A stretch of DNA of 64,000 nt from Fistulifera solaris (Eukaryota), in NCBI GenBank assembly GCA_030295235.1, contig AP026127.1, positions 744,001 to 808,000 of the forward strand, in the 5' to 3' direction. Positions 36,478-49,427 of the stretch are shown in pieces; position 1 is the stretch's first letter; every line of letters starts with the position of its first letter. The position numbers and the translations under genes were made by a program. The notes under the pieces are model-generated. The model saw only the letters and a list, made by a program, of their open reading frames with translations, was not told where the DNA came from and did no database searches.

Positions 36478-36645
36478 CACAGATTTTCGGGACACGTAAA
36501 ATATCACACCCCCAGATTTTCGGGACACGTGGTAAGATCATGCGCCCAGATTTTCGGGACAAGTGAAAATTTCACTCCCCCAGATTTTCGGGAGACGTAA
36601 AAATTTCACAATCCCAGATTTTCGGGACACGTGGTAAGATCACAC
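36478..36645. repeat. Minisatellite, 5 copies of ~34 bp (core CCCAGATTTTCGGGACACGT)
   Basis: Core at ~36479, 36512, 36545, 36579 and 36613, with alternating tails AAAAT.TCAC and GGTAAGATCA. Lies in a divergent intergenic region. Confidence 0.92.
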
Positions 36646-36780
36646 TTTTGTTGCCGCGCGTTGATGATTTATTGGATGAAATCTTAAATCTTGTTGCATC
36701 GTCAATGGAAACTTTTTCTAACAACAATACTATGATGTTTCCCTCACTTCACGCTCTTGTTTTTTGCTGGGTGATGGGAG

Positions 36781-38026
36781 GATGAGTTGCAATATACCGT
36801 GGGCGCAAGGCTTTCGAAAGTTGAACCTTTTGCGCCTTTCGATCGCGCTTGTCTCGTCACTCTTATTGGGAACGAATACTCTTATAGCGTTCCGTGGCAC
36901 CGGCATCCATCCAAGTCATCTTGCCTTCGAAGAAAGCGACATTTTAAAGCGGCAAGGGCACTCGAATCATACAAGTAACGCAATTAAGCTTCCACCTTAC
37001 ACTCCACAAGAATCCTTTGGTGCTTGTGCACTGGTTTTGAATCAAAATCATCGTATCACGGAATGGATTGCCTATCACTACTTTGCGTTACCGATGCGTA
37101 CTTTGATCATTGCGTACGATCCCAAAAGCACACAACGCGCGACCCAGTTGCTGCATCGATGGCGCACCGTCATGGATATTGTTGAATGGGAAGAAGACGA
37201 TTATTTGCCAGCGAACTGGTCGGAGGGTATTGCGCGACAAAAATTCTGGGCAAAACCCGTCGAATCGGTCATTTACGAAAATCGACAAATTTATTTTATG
37301 CAACAATGTACATTGGCGATGGCGGCCAAAAACGTTTCGCGTGTCATTCATCATGATGTCGACGAATACTTGCGCATTCAGACCAAAGTCGTTCGGGGAT
37401 TCGACACGACGCGTCCGGGGCATATTACCGCGTTTCTCAATCAAAAGAATATATCGGACGTTGTTCCGGGATGGTCGCACAATGCGAGCTGCTGGGTGTT
37501 TCATCGCCATTTGTTCACTCCGATGCGAGAAGACTCGTCGACGGAACGGCAGTCTATTCACAAAGCCATTGATTTTCCTTGGCTTCGTCCAGTGCATCTG
37601 GATACGTTGCGGTATCGTTACCGAAATGCGCGTATTCAACAAACTGGAAAAGGAATACTCCAGTTAAATCACATACCATCCACTATTCTTTTTCGCCGAG
37701 TGAACTTTTTCGACAAGTGGTTGAAAGTACACAATCCGCTGGGAAGATCTCTCTGTCAAGGTCCGTGGCCATCCTCTCCGTTGATACTGAATCATTATAC
37801 GGGCAGTTACGAGGCGTACTTGTACGCGGCGCAATGGGATCCGCGTTTTCAGGACCGTGCCGAATGGGAACGGCGGACGGCTGCAGGAAAAGGCGTTCCC
37901 CGTTTGGAGGATGGCATAACAAACTGGGTCGCTGCCTTTGTGGCGTGGCTTTCGGAGCCAGTAGCGAGGATGTTGTTGAGTGACGCTGGTTGGAGGGATG
38001 AATGGAATCTTAGGCAAGATGCCTGA
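36781..38026 (+). CDS. Type II membrane glycosyltransferase, GT-A fold (GT2/GT92-like)
   Basis: N-terminal TM; FGACALVLNQNHRITEWIAYHY...IIAYDP, Q..FMQQC, HHDVDEYL (DxD), LNHYTGSYE. Confidence 0.75.
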
Positions 38027-38289
38027 AGTTCAGGAGTCGTCGGTACACATGAAGTGTAATGTTACGTTGTTTCGGAAGACCTTAGTTTATGTCAAGATAA
38101 CTAACTTAGTGTCTGCTGAGAAGCTCAGGAAATGGCGAAAGGGTCTCTGGTTTGAGGGTTTGACTTTCCTGGCACAAAGGGCTTGAAAACCGTTTTGCTT
38201 TGGCTGAAAAATCAGGCGCAAAACTAATAATAATCACTAAAGCGTCGCGAAAGGTCCTAGTGTTGCGTATTGTCGACGTTTTTATCCTC

Positions 38290-38640
38290 TTAGAACGGCA
38301 GATACAACTCACCTCGCGAGTAAAGTCGCAGCATTTCGTAACCGTATGCTCCTGTAAATCCGGCGATTGATACCAGCGTGAAAATCGGAATGAACAAGTC
38401 ACGCTCTTTTTGTGGGGGGCTGGGTAACAAGGGCTTTTCCTGCAAGGATTGTAAGAGCTTCATATTGTCTTCCGCTTGATTGTCTGTAGCGTCAGTTTCC
38501 CATCCATCATCCGATGCTTTCAATGTACGCATGGCTTTCCTGGTGGTTGTATGAGGCATGACAAAACCCTGGACGCTGAACCAGAGGAAAAGCGACAAAA
38601 CAACCATAAATTTGCACGTGGCTCGTCGTACTGGCCTCAT
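38290..38640 (-). CDS. Small probably plastid-targeted membrane protein
   Basis: Signal peptide ending VQG-FVMP, transit-like segment, C-terminal TM DLFIPIFTLVSIAGFTGAYGYE. Confidence 0.7.
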   Translation of the reverse strand: MRPVRRATCKFMVVLSLFLWFSVQGFVMPHTTTRKAMRTLKASDDGWETDATDNQAEDNMKLLQSLQEKPLLPSPPQKERDLFIPIFTLVSIAGFTGAYGYEMLRLYSRGELYLPF

Positions 38641-39170
38641 TGGTGCAACCCTGGGGAGTATACTTGTAGCGAATGGAGCTGCCGGGGCTATGCGTCGATA
38701 AACTAATCGCAAATCCTTTTAAATAGATCAACAACAACAGTGAACCTCATCAATTTTTTTCGAGTGAATGAATGTCAACAAACGGACTTGATCTCGGTAC
38801 GACTTTGATTTCCCATAGTAAACCTTTTCAGCTTAGAACCCAATGTTAAGTACTCAAAAGTTGCTTAGGCAGTCTGCTCAAAGTCACGGTTCATAATTAA
38901 CAACAGATTTCCGTTGGGGCTGATTAACTTATAGCAATGCGCCTCGCTGCGTTTTTTGCTGACAAAACGCAACGCGGTGCACCGCCAGCGGCGAATGAAT
39001 AAGAAGCTCATTCATTCTTGTCAAAAGGTTGTTGTGTCTACCGATCTGTCTCACAAATTTGACATAAAAGGAGTGTCGAGCGGACAAGAGCAAAGAGTAG
39101 CGCAACTTGCTCAGTTTGCACGCGGTGATCTTGCTTTCTCCAGCGGTGTGTCTTTTGACGCGACAAAACA

Positions 39171-41218
39171 ATGAATCCGTCCGGCTTGCGTTTGGAAGAG
39201 AAGAAAAGCGCCGACGACATTCGATCCCAAATTTCTTACAAGTCAACACAGAGCAGTCGATCCTCGGTACTGCAACGAGCACGTGCTTACAATCGTCGCA
39301 TCGACGAACAAAAGCAAAACGAAGAAACCAGAAGAGCCATGTCGTTAGAACGCCGAAGTGACGACGGAAGTGCTGCGGTGGATAATTCACCGCCCCGATC
39401 GAAATCCGCAGGACGTACTACTCAACAACAACAAGTGCAAAGTGCGAGTTCGGCTTTGACGAAACACCAGAGCCGTGCAAAAGCGTTAGAGAGCGTCCGA
39501 CGAGATTCGAGACTACGGTCAATTAATCACGATCTATCGACGAAACAGAGTGTTGAAGTGCAGCCAATGCAAGCACATCCCTCCATACCCGCTGGTTCCG
39601 GAAACCGAATGACGCAAGAAAATCGTTTTGGGTCACCGGATGCGGACAAAATCACCGCTGCACGCCAACAGCGTTCACAAAGCAATCCGCGACAAAGTTT
39701 GAGCAGCTCGGCGGAAAAGCCAGCTTACTCACCCCAAGCAGCTGGAAAGGAAATAATACAAGAAGTTCAAGGCAATGTTCAAGAGAATCCTATAATTACA
39801 CCCGAATTGCTCGTGGAAGCGCTTTCGGGTCATGAGGATGGGCTGTTGGCCATTGCGGAAAAACTGATGGAGCACTATGATTCAGGGTACGACGCAATGG
39901 GCGAAGCCATCATTGATGCTTTTGCGGATGTGCAGAAACTATTTCAGCATGTGGTAGAAGCTGCACATATGGAAGGGGCCGCTTTCGAAGCGAGTCGGCG
40001 TGAAAATGAAATAGCCGAGAAAAAACGAGATTCTATCGGAGGAGAGGAAGGAATCGGGAGTCCCAACGACGCCCCAACGACACCATCCACACCACAAGGA
40101 GGGCCATCAAGGCACGATGAGTTTATTGATCAGGATGTTCAGGATATATTGCAAGAAGCGATTAAAAAGGAAATGTGCTTCGCGACGCCAATCGTCACAC
40201 GGAATGCTTTCAACTCTTTGAAAGTTCCTGCCAGGCTGCGTCGTCGCTCTTGCCTGTTGATTCCGATCATCGGGGCCGTTTACAGCTTAGTCTCGCTCGC
40301 GCTGAATCCATGAGCCACGATCGAGCTTGCGCCATTTTACGGTACGCGATGGATGATGTACTACGCTCCAGTATCCGAGCCGCAAAGACGCCGCTCTTCG
40401 ATGTGAGTAAGCGCGCGGACGTCGTTTTATCTAGACCGGTGGTGCACCCGAGCATTACGGCCAGTAGACAACCTTTAGGCGTCGTACAAAGTTCGGATGA
40501 AGCTTTGGCGAGTTTAATGGAAGAAATGAAAGAAATTTTGAGCGCACCGGTTTATAATGATACGCCACTACAGGCGGTGGCCGGTCGATTTTGGGCAGCA
40601 CTCCACGATGCGCAGAAAATGCAGCAGAAAAACGAGGAGCGTCTGGAGCACAATTTGGGAAAACTGAAGGGGGAATTTCTTTTGGCCCGTGCGGTAAGTA
40701 ATGAATTCAGTGTTTTCATTAGGCGCGAGCTTGACTTGTTCTCACTATGATGTTTTTACTGCCAGGAATGGGAAGAAAAGTTGAATCAATCTACAGAGAT
40801 GGCAGAATCTTGGAAGGAACGATACGAGAAACTGAAAGAGCTGCGTAGGGCCGATGGGTACATGGACCAAGCGCGGTCGTTCGCTAGTCGAATGTCGGAG
40901 AATGTTAGCCACGAAGATCAAACTCACGAAGTGCCTAGCTTGTTCGGAACCGTCAAAAACTTTTCGACTCCTGCAAAAGCTGCATCTGTAGCGTCATTTA
41001 GTAGCGGACTAGCACAACAGGCAAAGACATTGGTCTCGCAGATGAATAGTTTCAACTGTAGCTCTATGAATGAAAGACCGGAACCGACTGTCGCTTCTGA
41101 GATTGTTGAAGATGAAGCAATAGGGAACGAGGGGACAGCTCTCGAAATCAGCCGTTCAAAGTCCAGTCAGCAGAGGTCCGCGTATTCTCGTTCTCCGCAG
41201 CGATCAGCAGATATTTGA
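39171..41218 (+). CDS. Hypothetical protein (disordered N-terminus, helical core, coiled coil); frameshift ~40170, intron ~40694-40764
   Basis: Consecutive ORFs 39171-40313, 40175-40750 and 40781-41218 join into one coherent protein; GCG|GTAAGT...CCAG splice sites. Confidence 0.75.
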
Positions 41219-43848
41219 TGTTATTTACTGTCAATTGTGTTTATGTAAACGAGTCTAATGCCTTCGTTAATGTGTCATGATCTTACTGCGATGATCTATT
41301 ATCGATGATGCATGATGCTTGAAAATGAAAGGCGATGTGTGTTACTCGTTCTTGGTGTTAACTCCGTATTTATTTTTCGCGATTCGCGATGCACTTTTGT
41401 GCAAGGGCGTGTCCCGTGAAGATGAGGCTACAGTAAATGTCACAGTTCTGCTTAAAATTCACTAAGTCACGAGTCTGAAAGTGGGTCCAGTCTGTCCGTG
41501 CGTCCTCTGCGACATTTCATAAGCACACTGCGACAATAGTAGAACTACGAGTACCGTTCCGAAAAGTAATATACTATAAACACTACATTTAATTTTCTAG
41601 TACTCCAAGGGCGTAGTGTGACCAAACCGTGCTTTTTGGCCAAAAATGCAAGGGCATAGCACAGGATTTTTCGGCCCATTGCTTTCCACTTTCATTTCGT
41701 GCCGTTGAAGCGACCTTTCGAGAGCATTTACATATCTTCTTCTCAATTTCTTTTGCAGTCAAGATGGAGATAGCCACATAGATACTGCAACGAAAGGACG
41801 CGTGGGAGTTCGGTTCAGGGAGGGTTTTGCTGCTGTTCTAATAGGATTCGTCTGCTCGATGATTCTTGTTTCGGCAGCGTTGTATCCTTTCTGTCGGCCG
41901 TTTCGAGACGTAGTAATACTGTAATGATTACAGATAAGAGGCCGGAAGGATATAATGTGTGCGATATGTTACTCGCGAATCCGGGTTGTCGCGAATCTGG
42001 ACCGTTTGTAGCGGCAATTCACTCGACAGCAGTACAACTAGCGACGTCTTTGAAGCGATCTTCTCCATTGATGGGCATGTTTGTGGATTTTCGGGCGTGA
42101 AAAATCCACAAGTCAGAAAAAGTACAAACAAGTCGTTGCTGTACTCAAGTAGGCGCTACCCAAATCACTCGTATTGATTGGCTTGTCCGGATGAAACGCG
42201 AATTGCGAGATACTCCGTCGAATACTGGATCAGATCGGATGAAAGATCAGAGCAAAAAGATTCTTCATGCGTTTCATAACTCAATCGTTTGTCAGAGAAG
42301 TCAAGCTTTGCTAGACTACTCAGTCAAATGCGTAAAGGATATGGGTGCAAGGAGATTTTTTTCTCCTTGAATGGGTGTTACGAGTCACGAAGGGAATATT
42401 TGAGCTGTTTGATTGAGAAGCACCCTTTAGGAGATGCATTAGAAACACGGAGAAAAAGGTCAGGTCAATGCCAAGTATGGTAATTGCGTCCCAGCAAACC
42501 CAGGTCTCATGTTAGAGTTCTCATAGAAGCATAACTAGATTCGAGAGATATAGTAAATTTGGGACGATGGTGTTGTGCATGAGCACAATGGTAGAATGAC
42601 GGTCAAACAGATGAACAAAAGAAAGCAATGGGTTTCAGCGACAAGACGTTGACGGTCTCATCTGCATTCACGCGATGACATTATAACGATACAGTACTTT
42701 TTCGGGCAACCTTTGGCCAACATGAATGGAAAACAGCTACACAAATCTTTCCGTCACAAGCTTTTTTACCGGCAGGTGCTGATTTAAGCCAATCTTCTGG
42801 TGTCCATCATTCGCCGCTGGTAGCCGAAAAGGTCAAGTAATCGTTGCCTTTGTCCTTGGAACAGCGCTGTTGGGTAAACAAGCGGAGGGATCCGAGAACA
42901 CTGCAGGGAAGGAAACAATGGAATCAGATCAAAGCAGAAACATTTAGACTAATGCAATCTTTCATTGTATGCAGCACGTCGAAGCTTTCAACCATGACGC
43001 AGGAAGTTCATTTTTCAGGTGTCTTAGCGGAGAAGCCATATCCATCAGGCAAAGCCCCCCTCTCATGCTTGACGCGGCCGTGACGGCATTGGATGACGGT
43101 GGAAGGTAAGAAATGTGGCCGCTCCAAGTTCTAGTGGCAAATGATAAACGCACACCATCAGGAAATAACAACAAGCAGGCTAGTACCGGTACTGTTTCTG
43201 CAGCAGCCGAACCAAGACTCAAGAGCGTGCAGGTCAACTTAACCTGGGTTTTAGCTTGAGCATGTAATGCAGATTTCTACATTAGGAACGAACTATAAAA
43301 GATTTCGAAAGATTTATAATGAAAGGGTAATGAAAGGGGTGCTAACTTAACGTTTGTGTCAAGGGTCGAAGACGGTTTATGGGGGTTTACCTGGTATGGG
43401 GGTTCGCCCTGAAAGAATAAAAAACCGTTCGAGCCATACCGGGAACCGGGACTGCCATTCCATTATTTATTTAGTCATTACAAGCCACATTTACAAGTCA
43501 AACATTTTTTAATCCAATTTGCGTCAATTGCATTGTTAATGTCAGAAATGGTTATAAGATACGATGCCAATCAGTGTTGGCCGCATATTTGCACTCGAAA
43601 CTCGAAATGTAAACACGAGCAAAGATACATTGCAACGATAGTCTACGCATTTTTCACGTAGGCGCCGTAGGAAATTTATCGCGGATATTGTCGATTATAA
43701 CATCATAGTGGTGTAGCGCGCGAGCCGCTTCGTCTTTCCGTTGGTATCAACAACAACACTCGACGCGACAAACGACACTATTCTATTTTTTGTCCTCATT
43801 TTTATAGCTGCCAATGATTGCCTCGGCTTACCTTGTTCTATTGAAAAA

Positions 43849-45060
43849 ATGAAAAAGCCTCCGCTTCCCAGTCTAGAATCAATGTCTTCACCGCAGTGGT
43901 GGTCGGATGCCTTTGTGAGTGAGCAAGCCGACGCTTTGTGCTCGGTGGTGGCTGGAGCAGTTACCTTTGGATCGACTTTGGCTCTTTCCACATGGACGCA
44001 ATGGCGAATTCTGGGGATACAAACCGGAACTCCTGGTCCTGCTCCGTACGTGATTTGCCTGTCTTTTCTTTGTGTTGCATTGTAATGAATCTCTTATCGT
44101 GCCTGAATTGGTTTCGAATAGGTCCGTCGTGGGAATGGCCTCGGTATGTCTCGCATCATGGGCGTGTCATCAAGCTGCCTTATTTACACTGTACAGTCGA
44201 GATCACATTCGATCTTCTTGTAGCAATAATCGCACTATCGATATTTCCGATCAACTTCGATCGAGTTGGACTTCCTGGCGACAAGAACAACAACGCATTG
44301 CCCTGGCGTACGATCGTCGCTATCGCGATGATCATGTCGACGCAAGATGCTTTCGACTTCCCATGCACACTATACGAGTGTAAGTTCAACATGTGCGTGT
44401 TACTTATGTAAGAATCATATCTTACCATTTTTCTTCTTGAAGGTGCGCCATTGGTGTTCTGGCATTCAAACTGATGGGTGGAAGATTTTGGGCTATTTCT
44501 CCGAGTAGTTACGCGAACATTGGATCGTTTGCTCGACAAAGTATACCTGCTACCGAACGATACGCGACTCCCGCGGAGCGTTTGAAATTAGATCGCATTG
44601 GACGAATATGGGGATGTCATACCTGTGGTTCGAGATCACGGTCGTTTGTGGGTGATCACATGCCTCCCAAATCGGTCGCGGAAACTATGATGAAACGACG
44701 CAAACTCTTTTTCTTAAAACCCAAGCCGGTGAACTTTCGCTTCTATCCGCAATGCGAAAGGTGCTCGAGTCAGCAGGGCAGCATTTTATCGAGAGCGACA
44801 CAACAATTGCGACTGAGTCGCAAAAAGGCTTTCAGCTTCACCAAGATCGGGCAAATGCGTACTTTCATGGACACAAGTTTCGACTTGTACATCATTTAGC
44901 TGGTGCTGCCGTTGCTGGAATATCCATCGGTGGAAGCAATCAGGATATAATGGACGGGAATCGCAGTCGATTTCGCAAAATCGAAAAACAAATAGAAAAG
45001 GACTTGCGGGTGGCATGGAAAACAGGTGTGAAACGGGCTTTGCAGCTAGTATCCCCTTGA
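43849..45060 (+). CDS. Membrane protein with Zn-binding HNH-like (polymorphic-toxin-type) domain; introns 44046-44121 and 44380-44442; frameshift ~44826
   Basis: Spliced TM segments followed by GSFARQSIPA...ATPAERLKLDRIGRIWGCHTCG...VGDHMPPK...RFYPQCERCSSQQG. Confidence 0.7.
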
Positions 45061-45212
45061 TCTTTTCATAAGGATGCCTTGCACAAGCAAATCAAAAACT
45101 AAGCAATACAGTAGATTATAAAGTTCATTGACAGCTTTCACGTCTTGGACTATTTGTAGCGAAAAAGCACTGATAAACGATAAGACTTTGGCAACAACAG
45201 GTCTATATTTAC

Positions 45213-46654
<1,442 letters not shown>

Positions 46655-46955
46655 GATTCTCACAAACAATACAATTCGTTCTATTGAAGTAGAATGAAGC
46701 AAGAGATCGATGATGACGGTCCTGCTGCCGATCGACTGTTCGCGTTTGCCGTGCGAGTGTCGCCGCTGGGGCGAGGAAAACGCAAGGCAAGTTCAAAAAT
46801 CGGGTTACTTTTGTTGCGGCATCTTTTTCATCTCCTCCTTCAACGCGCGTCGCGCGATTGGGTGCGCGGCTTGACGAAGGGATTGTCTCGTGACTCGTGA
46901 CTGGCTTTACCTCTGGACTCTGTACCAGCTTCTTCGATCCTAAGTTACCGACATA

Positions 46956-48560
46956 CTGTGCACGCTCCAGAATTTCTGGAGACGTGGTTTTGGATTCTAC
47001 CGAAACGCGGTTCACGTTCTAGAAATTCTGGACACGGAGTTTTCGTTCATAACGAAAGAAAGTGCAAATTCCAGAAATTCTGGAATTTGCTATACTACGT
47101 CTTTCTCATCATACAGAAATTCTGTGGTGGTCCAGAAATTCTGGACCAGGTTTTTTTTGATCCTACCGAAATGCTGTTCACGTCCCAGAATTTCTGGAGA
47201 CGTGGTTTTGGATTCTACCGAAATGCTGTGCACGTTCTAGAAATTTTCGACACGGAGTTTTCGTTCATAACGAAAGAAAGTGCAAATTCCAGAAATCCTG
47301 GAATTGCTATACTACGTCTTTCTCATCATACAGAAATTCTGTGGTGGTCCAGAAATTCTGGACCAGGTTTTTTTTTGATCCTACCGAATGCTGTTCACGT
47401 CCCAGAATTTCTGGAGACGTGGTTTTGGATCCTATAAAAATGCTATGCACCTTCTAGAATTTCTCGACACGGAGTTTTCGTTCATAACGAAAGAAAGTGC
47501 AAATTCCAGAAATTCTGGAATTGCTATACTACGTCTTTCTCATCATACAGAAATTCTGTGGTGGTCCAGAAATTCTGGACCAGGTTTTTTTGATCCTACC
47601 GAAATGCTGTTCACGTCCCAGAATTTCTGGAGACGTGGTTTTGGATCCTATAAAAATGCTATGCACCTTCTAGAATTTCTCGACACGGAGTTTTCGTTCA
47701 TAACGAAAGAAAGTGCAAATTCCAGAAATTCTGGAATTGCTATACTACGTCTTTCTCATCATACAGAAATTCTGTGGTGGTCCAGTAATCCTTGACTAGT
47801 TTATTTTTTGATCCTACCGAAATGCTGTGCACGACCGAGATATTCTGGAGACGTGTTTTGGATTCTACCGAAATGCTGTGCACGTTCTAGAAATTTTCGA
47901 CACGGAGTTTTCGTTCATAACGAAAGAAAGTGCAAATTCCAGAAATCCTGGAATTGCTATACTACGTCTTTCTCATCATACAGAAATTCTGTGGTGGTCC
48001 AGAAATTCTGGACCAGGTTTTTTTTGATCCTACCGAAATGCTGTTCACGTCCCAGAATTTCTGGAGACGTGGTTTTGGATCCTATAAAAATGCTATGCAC
48101 CTTCTAGAATTTCTCGACACGGAGTTTTCGTTCATAACGAAAGAAAGTGCAAATTCCAGAAATCCTGGAATTGCTATACTACGTCTTTCTCATCATACAG
48201 AAATTCTGTGGTGGTCCAGAAATTCTGGACCAGGTTTTTTTGATCCTACCGAAATGCTGTGCACGACCGAGATATTCTGGAGACGTGTTTTGGATTCTAC
48301 CGAAATGCTGTGCACGTTCTAGAAATTTTCGACTCGGAGTTTTCGTTCATAACGAAAGAAAGTGCAAATTCCAGAAATCCTGGAATTGCTATACTACGTC
48401 TTTCTCATCATACAGAAATTCTGTGGTGGTCCAGAAATTCTGGACCAGGTTTTTTTTGATCCTACCGAAATGCTGTGCACGACCGAGATATTCTGGACAT
48501 GATTGGTTCGATCCTACCTGGTACCGAAATGCTGTGCACGTTCTTAGCTCCCCCAGATTT
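46956..48560. repeat. Satellite array, ~216-bp unit x ~7.4, built from palindromic TCCAGAAnTTCTGGA-type subrepeats
   Basis: Unit starts at ~46961, 47179, 47396, 47612, 47830, 48046, 48262 and 48478; near-identical copies with two interleaved variants. Confidence 0.97.
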
Positions 48561-48682
48561 TTGAACAAGTCGAAATACCACTCGAAACTTGCTCGAAACA
48601 AGAGTTGTTCGCAGCATTGTATTGGTTGTCTTTGGCGTCGTTCTCCATGTTTTTGAATTCAAACAATAACATTCAGACTCAA

Positions 48683-49416
48683 ATGGCTTCACAAGAAGAA
48701 GATGAAGGGGCAGAGGAACTGAAAAACCTGCAAATAGCAAACAAAGATCGATGGGAGCATCTCCAAGACCTTCATCAGCAGTGCTTGCAACTGCCGTCGT
48801 CGGAGGCTCCCTCTGCCTCCATTGCAGCTTTCTTACAGGCCGAACGGGACGTTGTCGCCGTGCATGGCTCTGCAAATCACGAATGCGACGAATTATTGGA
48901 TGAACTGGAAGGCAAATGTTCGGGTGTCGATCGTTTTGGGGCAGAACTGGTCGAAAGGTGCAATCAACTTCACGAAATGAACCTTTTGTTTCAAGAAAAA
49001 TTCAGTTTCAAAACGATTATGTCGAAGAAATTGAGTATTCGATGCAAGAACAGCGGATGATGCAACGCAAATTAAAGCAATTGGAAGCTGAATTGGACCG
49101 CGAAGCCGATCAGACAGAAAATACAACGGTTGACAAACAAGAAAATGAACGCCTCCGCAGAGATCTAGCGTACTTGGCAAGTCTCGTAGCACCTGTCGTA
49201 CATACAAGTGATGGCACAGATTCTTGCAATATGAATGGCTTGTTGGTTCAATTACTGGACAGATACATGGCTTCTCCAGGTGATCCGTATCTGTCATGTC
49301 GTGAAGGGAATGTTGACAAAAAGCATGTGGAGATATTGAAGAATAGTTGGATGATTGAAACCTTCGACCACGATGATGACATGATTCGATTGACGGACTA
49401 TTTACAAGAGGATTGA
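48683..49416 (+). CDS. Coiled-coil protein with CENP-K-like C-terminus (putative inner kinetochore subunit); frameshift ~49000
   Basis: Long coiled coil followed by LLVQLLDRYMASPGDPYL...HVEILKNSWMIETFDHDDDMIRLTDY. This resembles the CENP-K terminal DPY...ELL..GI...D..IRL motif (recalled, not searched). Confidence 0.6.
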
Positions 49417-49427
49417 TATCTTCGGGC

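Noticed and set aside
36478..36645. CRISPR-like appearance (palindromic repeat with short spacers); also considered for the 47-kb array
   Set aside because: The spacers are ~14 bp and themselves repeated, there are no cas genes, and the context is eukaryotic.
37088..38017. Long antisense and alternate-frame ORFs over the glycosyltransferase (and similar ones over other genes)
   Set aside because: Shadow ORFs of real coding sequence.
41300..43700. Short ORFs in a 2.4-kb interval (e.g. 42844-43083)
   Set aside because: No recognisable domain or consistent exon chain; a decayed gene cannot be excluded but is unsupported.
46958..48656. Overlapping ORFs of 66-169 aa in the satellite
   Set aside because: They are translations of the tandem repeat in several frames, broken by T-run variation, with no protein-like features.
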